From positions 992,001 to 1,056,000 of the forward strand of contig CBDFJR010000002.1 in assembly GCA_965248535.1 (NCBI GenBank): a stretch of DNA of 64,000 nt, given 5' to 3'. How positions within the stretch are numbered: position 1 is the first letter of the stretch; each line of letters starts with the position of its first letter. This DNA is from Phormidesmis sp. (lineage in GTDB: Bacteria; Cyanobacteriota; Cyanobacteriia; Leptolyngbyales; Leptolyngbyaceae). The position numbers and the translations under genes were made by a program. The notes under the pieces are model-generated. The model searched no databases. It worked only from the letters and a program-made list of their open reading frames with translations, and was not told the origin of the DNA. Shown here in pieces: positions 58,789 to 64,000 of the stretch.

Positions 58789-60237
58789 TCACGATCGACA
58801 GCGATCGCACCGTCCACATTTAAAGTCCACCGCTTCTGCTTCAAATCCAAACGCCCGCAGCAAGAAGCTCCAGCGACACGATCGCGTCTTTAAATAATCT
58901 CGCATTGGCTGCGTCGAGTTAGACGAGTTTGCAGATTGAGGACTGTGAGCCGGATCAGCCGCGTGAATCGTGTAGTGAAATGGGTCAGCCCAAGTTAACC
59001 GTCCCTGACTTTGCAAGAGCGAAAGCGCGATCGGGCTTTCTTTATGCTGTTTAGCAATCTCATTCACATTGCCGTGCTGAGGCAGGTTTTTTAGAAGTTT
59101 TTGGGCTGCTTGCTGCTGCGATCGCGTTTGTGTTTCAAAAAATTTCCAGCGCTGTTGATCTTCCGAATCTAGCCAGCCACTCACCAGCGTTAACGCTTTT
59201 GCAAATTTGCCATCGCGTCCGGCTCGTCCAATCTCCTGCACATATTCACTCAACAAAAACGGGGCGTGAAAGTGCACAATCCATCGGACATTTGACTTGT
59301 TAACCCCCATCCCAAAGGCGCAGGTGCAGACCACAAACTGAAGCGCATCAGTTAACCAGGCTTGCTCAATGCGGCGGCGATCGCTGGCTCCTAACCCGGC
59401 ATGATAAGCCGCCGTTTGATAGCCCATTTGCCGCAGCCAGTCTGACAGTTCTTCGCTGTCGCGTCGCGTCCGCACATAGACTAATCCTGCCTGTTTGGGT
59501 TGAGCCTGAATGAATTTTAGCAACTGGTCTCGTCGCCCTCGCGGAGTCTGCACGGTTTGAACGGTGAGACTGAGATTGCTGCGATAGGGATTGAGCCGAA
59601 AGATCTGCGGATTCTGTAATTGCAAAACTTGCTCGATCGTGGCTTGAGTTTGAGGATCAGCCGTCGCCGTAAAGGCCGCGATCGCGATCTGAGTTCCAGC
59701 AGGTTTGTGCTGCAAGAGCGCCGATCGCACCGCGCCCAAACGATAATAAGCAGGTCGAAAAGCTTGCCCCCACTGCGTTAGACAATGGGCTTCATCTAAA
59801 ATCAGTCCGTTGATTTGCAAGTTGGGATTGCACAGCCGTTGCCAAACCGGAGTGCTCAACAGCGTTTCTGGCGAGAGATAAAGCAGCCGCAGTCGTTGAG
59901 CCTCGATCGCCGAGAGCACCTGTTTGCGCTGCGGGGCAGCCAATTCACTATGCAATAGCGCCGCAGGCAACCGCCGTTGCCGCAACTCCTGCACCTGATT
60001 TTCCATTAAGGCAACTAGGGGCGAAACGACGATCGTTAATCCGGTTTGCAGCAGAGCAGGAAGCTGAAAGCAGATCGACTTGCCGCCGCCCGTTGGCATA
60101 ATGATCAGAGCATCCGTTTGAGCTAGCAAGGTTTCCACGATTTCACCTTGGGGCGGTCGAAAGTTGTCATAGCCCCAAATTTTCTGGAAGAGCGATCGCA
60201 CATCGGTTGCCGAATGCGGAGGTCGAGCAAGATTCAT
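58789..60237 (-). CDS. recQ: RecQ family DNA helicase (short form)
   Basis: PTGGGKS, DEAH, TATA, QEIGRAGRDG and C-terminal Zn-binding Cys. Confidence 0.9.
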   Translation of the reverse strand: MNLARPPHSATDVRSLFQKIWGYDNFRPPQGEIVETLLAQTDALIIMPTGGGKSICFQLPALLQTGLTIVVSPLVALMENQVQELRQRRLPAALLHSELAAPQRKQVLSAIEAQRLRLLYLSPETLLSTPVWQRLCNPNLQINGLILDEAHCLTQWGQAFRPAYYRLGAVRSALLQHKPAGTQIAIAAFTATADPQTQATIEQVLQLQNPQIFRLNPYRSNLSLTVQTVQTPRGRRDQLLKFIQAQPKQAGLVYVRTRRDSEELSDWLRQMGYQTAAYHAGLGASDRRRIEQAWLTDALQFVVCTCAFGMGVNKSNVRWIVHFHAPFLLSEYVQEIGRAGRDGKFAKALTLVSGWLDSEDQQRWKFFETQTRSQQQAAQKLLKNLPQHGNVNEIAKQHKESPIALSLLQSQGRLTWADPFHYTIHAADPAHSPQSANSSNSTQPMRDYLKTRSCRWSFLLRAFGFEAEAVDFKCGRCDRCRS

Positions 60238-60353
60238 AAACGTCTGAAAAACGCTTTCAGTAGAGTGCCCATCAAACCCGGTTGACTAGAATCGCAGTGC
60301 GGGCGATCGCCAAATATGCGAGACTGCTAGAATCGCGTTCCTCACGGTTTGAC

Positions 60354-60917
60354 ATGACGCAATCTGATGCCTCACCCACACTCAAGCAAATCGCTAGCAC
60401 CTTCCGACTCACAGGCTGGATCAGTTTTTGGTCGCAACTTGTTTTAACGATCGTGTCGGGTGCGATTTTGCTGTTTGCCCCGATCGCGAGCCGAGGAGTT
60501 GACTCTGCCAACAACCCCGGAACGAATGTAGGCGTGGTTTTAACCGTCTGTGGAATTGCGGTCTTGGGCTTTAATATGTATTGGGCTGTGTTGCGCTACA
60601 TTCCGATCGGTCGTCGCTTGCAGGGGGCCGCGGCTGCCCGTCCCAAAAAGGCAGAAGCCATTCAAGTCTTGAGAACTGGACTGATTGCCAGCTTAGTCGG
60701 AATTTTGCTGGCCCTGCTAGGAGCCGAGGCGATCATCGGGCTGCTGTTTGGCAAAGCGTTGAGTCAAGGCGCGGCCGGGTTTATCAACACCGACCAATCA
60801 AAATTTATTAAGCCGCTCGATATTCTAGTCGTGCAGGCTAGCATCAACGTGATCTTGGCGCATTTTGTGGCGATCGCCACTTCACTTTGGCTCTTAAACA
60901 AGATGAGCCGCCAGTAA
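60354..60917 (+). CDS. DUF3611-like membrane protein
   Basis: FRLTGWISFWSQLVL and LDILVVQAS motifs; four TM. Confidence 0.75.
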   Translation: MTQSDASPTLKQIASTFRLTGWISFWSQLVLTIVSGAILLFAPIASRGVDSANNPGTNVGVVLTVCGIAVLGFNMYWAVLRYIPIGRRLQGAAAARPKKAEAIQVLRTGLIASLVGILLALLGAEAIIGLLFGKALSQGAAGFINTDQSKFIKPLDILVVQASINVILAHFVAIATSLWLLNKMSRQ

Positions 60918-60921
60918 GCTC

Positions 60922-61167
60922 CTAATTTTCTAGCCAGTCTAAAATCTGATTGAGTTGCTCTAGCGAGACTAACCCATAGTGCCAAAGCACCATCGGCAGC
61001 GGCCCATTTTCTTGCTTGGCATAGCGAATGGCCATCGCGATCGCCGAGGGCGATAGACAAAGCTCTTCTTGCAGAAAGTGGATCAGGTGAGCATTTTGAC
61101 GGTTAAGCCCCCGCTCATCGGCTTCTAGTTGGTATTGTTCAATAATTTCAAACGGCAGCACAGACAT
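60922..61167 (-). CDS. DUF2949-like protein
   Basis: FLQEEL...GPLPMVLWHYGLVSLEQLNQILDWLE. Confidence 0.75.
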   Translation of the reverse strand: MSVLPFEIIEQYQLEADERGLNRQNAHLIHFLQEELCLSPSAIAMAIRYAKQENGPLPMVLWHYGLVSLEQLNQILDWLEN

Positions 61168-61423
61168 GGTAGAGAACCCTTGATGAAAGGAGCGATCAGT
61201 GAATTTAGGTGTTTATACTAACATCTAAATTGTGGGTTGAAAAATAAATTCAGTGAATTCTCGGTAGGCGATTGAATCAGCATTTTTACCTACAGAATCG
61301 CAGGTCTAGGGGCTTTGAGAATGCGTTTCAACCAGTTAAGCATTAGTTCAGAGATACTGATCATTAAATTTGAGTAAAGAGTATAGTGATGCAGTCAACT
61401 AATTGGAGCTAATTTAGCCAATT

Positions 61424-62263
61424 TTAGGGCTGCTCCAAAGCTTCATCTCGCTCTCTGGCTAGGTTTGCTTTTGCCTGCTGCCAAAAGGCTTCTAACTCAT
61501 CGAGGCTATAGTCTGAAAGCGGACGATCGGCGATCGCTTCGATCTGCGCCAATCGCTGAATAAATCGCTGATTGGTGCCCTGCACGGCGGCAGATGGGTC
61601 AAGATCATACCAGCGGCCCAAATTGATCAGCGTAAAAAACAGATCGCCTAGCTCTGCTTGCTGGGCGGCTTTGCTTTCGTGGGCTAGGGCGTGCTGAAAT
61701 TCGCCTAGCTCTTCTTGAAACTTGGCCCAAACATCCTCCACGGTTTCCCACTCAAACCCGGCGGCAGCGGCTTTTTGAGAAATTTTCATGCCTGCCATTA
61801 GGGGCGGCAGCGATCGGGCAGCGCGCTTTAGCTGATAGGTCAGACGTTGGGTTTCTGCAAAATCGTGCCCTTTTTCGGCCGCTTTGATCTGCTCCCAGTT
61901 GCGGTGAATCTGATCGATATCTTCAACTGCTAAATCAGCAAACACATGGGGATGCCTGCGGATCAGTTTTTGAGTAATCGTCTCTGCAACTCGCGACAGA
62001 TCAAACTGACCCTGATCGCTGGCGACCTGAGCTTGCAGCACCACTTGCAGCAGCAAATCGCCTAGCTCTTCGGCGATCGCGTCTTGATCGCCACTGCGAA
62101 TGGCATCGACCACTTCATAAGCCTCCTCAATCACGTAGGGAATCAGCGTTTCGCGAGTTTGGGCTAGATCCCACGGGCAGCCACCATCGGGCGATCGCAG
62201 TTGGGCAACGACTTCAATCAACTGTTGCAGCGCCGTTAAAATTGCGGTTTGATTCGATGACAT
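61424..62263 (-). CDS. mazG: Nucleoside triphosphate pyrophosphohydrolase
   Basis: GCPWD, EEAYE, EELGDLLLQV, KLIRRHPHVF, second ELGD. Confidence 0.94.
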   Translation of the reverse strand: MSSNQTAILTALQQLIEVVAQLRSPDGGCPWDLAQTRETLIPYVIEEAYEVVDAIRSGDQDAIAEELGDLLLQVVLQAQVASDQGQFDLSRVAETITQKLIRRHPHVFADLAVEDIDQIHRNWEQIKAAEKGHDFAETQRLTYQLKRAARSLPPLMAGMKISQKAAAAGFEWETVEDVWAKFQEELGEFQHALAHESKAAQQAELGDLFFTLINLGRWYDLDPSAAVQGTNQRFIQRLAQIEAIADRPLSDYSLDELEAFWQQAKANLARERDEALEQP

Positions 62264-62306
62264 TATGTTGAGTCCTTTAACAGGTTGACCCTTTTTACTC
62301 TATCGT

Positions 62307-62867
62307 TCATCCCTTGGCTCGGTTCTTTCGTCGCTTTTGCGATCGCTTATAGCGAGACACCAGCCAATCACTAGCGCTGTGACTGAGTGCGCCTAATTCC
62401 AACCCGATCGTGCCTGCCATCCATTCATTTCTGTGCTGCTGTAGCGATTGGTGAATCATTGCAATACTGTTAATCAATCCATATTCAGCATGACTTTGCC
62501 AGTGATCGATTTTGCCCAGAAGTTGCTGCGCGATCGCTCCACTCAAAATGATCAGACTACCAACGATCGCGACCCAAATGGCAAGATAGAGAATTCGCCC
62601 GATCGTGCCCACTATCAGCCCATGAGAAAGAAACGATCGATGCCGCACACTTTTTCGGTAGGGCAACCAGATCCAGCGCAGCAGCCCCCAGCGCTGATAT
62701 TGCTGAGAATAGATGTCGAGGTCGGGGCCAAACATCAATCCGCCGACCAAAAATGTGCCCGCCACTACGAGGGTCAGGTTGCTGCTTTGCGTTAGCCCAA
62801 ACGCCCCGCCCGCCACGAAGGGCAGACTCCAGAGGGTGATGCTGTCATGGGTGCGACCAGAAGGCAT
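62307..62867 (-). CDS. DUF2227-like putative metal-binding membrane protein
   Basis: MPSGRTHD, GPDLD, HRSFLSHG, SHSASD. Confidence 0.8.
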   Translation of the reverse strand: MPSGRTHDSITLWSLPFVAGGAFGLTQSSNLTLVVAGTFLVGGLMFGPDLDIYSQQYQRWGLLRWIWLPYRKSVRHRSFLSHGLIVGTIGRILYLAIWVAIVGSLIILSGAIAQQLLGKIDHWQSHAEYGLINSIAMIHQSLQQHRNEWMAGTIGLELGALSHSASDWLVSRYKRSQKRRKNRAKG

Positions 62868-62943
62868 AAACCTAAAAACTCAAAGAATCTCTATCAAATT
62901 CTATAGAGAATTGGCGCGGTCTGATATTATAGATGAAGCGATC

Positions 62944-63015
<72 letters not shown>

Positions 63016-64000
63016 TAGATTTTAGCCTTTGCATCATCAAGGTTCCGCCAAAAAAGCGACCTCACGGGAGCGATAAAGCTCCGAAATCTTTCATTATTCT
63101 TGATTCAGATCTGAATTGGGAGTCTTAAACCTATGATTTGTCTCAAAAAACGCAGCGCAGAATGCGGACGACTCAGGAGCGGTTTGCTAAGGCGTTAGAC
63201 ACAAGTCATCAGTAACCGAACCCGATCGCTCGTTGGGAGAGTAGACTGCTATCCCAACTCTCGCCCTGAAAGATTTATCTATCCGCTTTTGCTGCACGAT
63301 TAAAGATGTGACGAATAAGACGATTAACTAGATAAAACCTAGTCATGAAAACTGAAGAGATTAGTCCGTACAAAAAGGCAAAAATTCTCTTAAGCTAATC
63401 GATCAATTGATGGAATTAGTGATAGCTCTCAGTGAAATTAACCGCTACTTAAGCAACACTTTCTGAAAAGTTCAGCAAGATCACTGATTTTTTAGGGCGA
63501 CTGGTTAAACCGCCAAACCGAAACCCAAACGCTATGGTCTGTGCTTCTAAGCAGGTTGTTTTAACCGTTAGCCCCATGACTAAAAAGAACGAAATCTATA
63601 AATCTGAACCGTTTCAGGGTAGTATGAAGTGCTGGTGAAGTCACCAGTGCTGAAAGCTCTTTGTCATCCGTATATTTTCAGTGCTTAGAAAGTGCCCCCG
63701 CAAGATTCTTTCTGACCTGCTCAACCTCTATAGCCACTGGTGCAAATGTATCGCTTTTAATTAGGTCAGGGTGGTTGTGTTTAAGTCTTAGTTCATCAGA
63801 CAGATTCTTTGAGCTTCTAAGGCTTAAAGATGTGTGAATTTTGACCCTGGCAAAAGCCTGTGGCATTCTCTATTTTGTGGTGCATTTGATCTTGCAAAAA
63901 GACTCAAACCAGCACTCTCATCGCTTGCTAAAAACTCGCTTGCGTTGAGGGTTGACAATCTTAAAATTAACCGCTATCACTAGTAGGAAGCCAAGAGCAA

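Overview
Cyanobacterial chromosome window, based on abundant HIP1 GCGATCGC octamers, psbA, OCP/FRP, tic22 and argZ/agrE. The flanks are ordinary host genes: a cellulose-synthase-like GT2, tic22, prmC, ocp-frp, SulP, an MFS/RND efflux cluster with a two-component system, plsC, psbA, cofG, tig-clpP-clpX, asd-dapA-rnj, argZ, recQ, mazG, tRNA-Glu and tRNA-Val. The main feature is a ~14.07-kb element (22321-36386) integrated at the 3' end of tRNA-Glu(TTC) and bounded by a 117-bp direct repeat. It carries a tyrosine integrase, an Xre repressor with three palindromic operators, a frameshifted RepA/AAA_25-type helicase gene containing a GATC-dense putative origin, a membrane-protein operon, and a tightly coupled 12-gene operon that looks structural (fibre-like protein, two paralogous beta-sandwich proteins, an 867-aa Pro-rich protein). 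I could not recognise a terminase, portal, HK97 capsid, tail, endolysin, Zot/pI or packaging ATPase, so it is a candidate for an unclassified small temperate virus or virus-like element. All calls come from reading the sequence and ORFs by eye; no searches were run.
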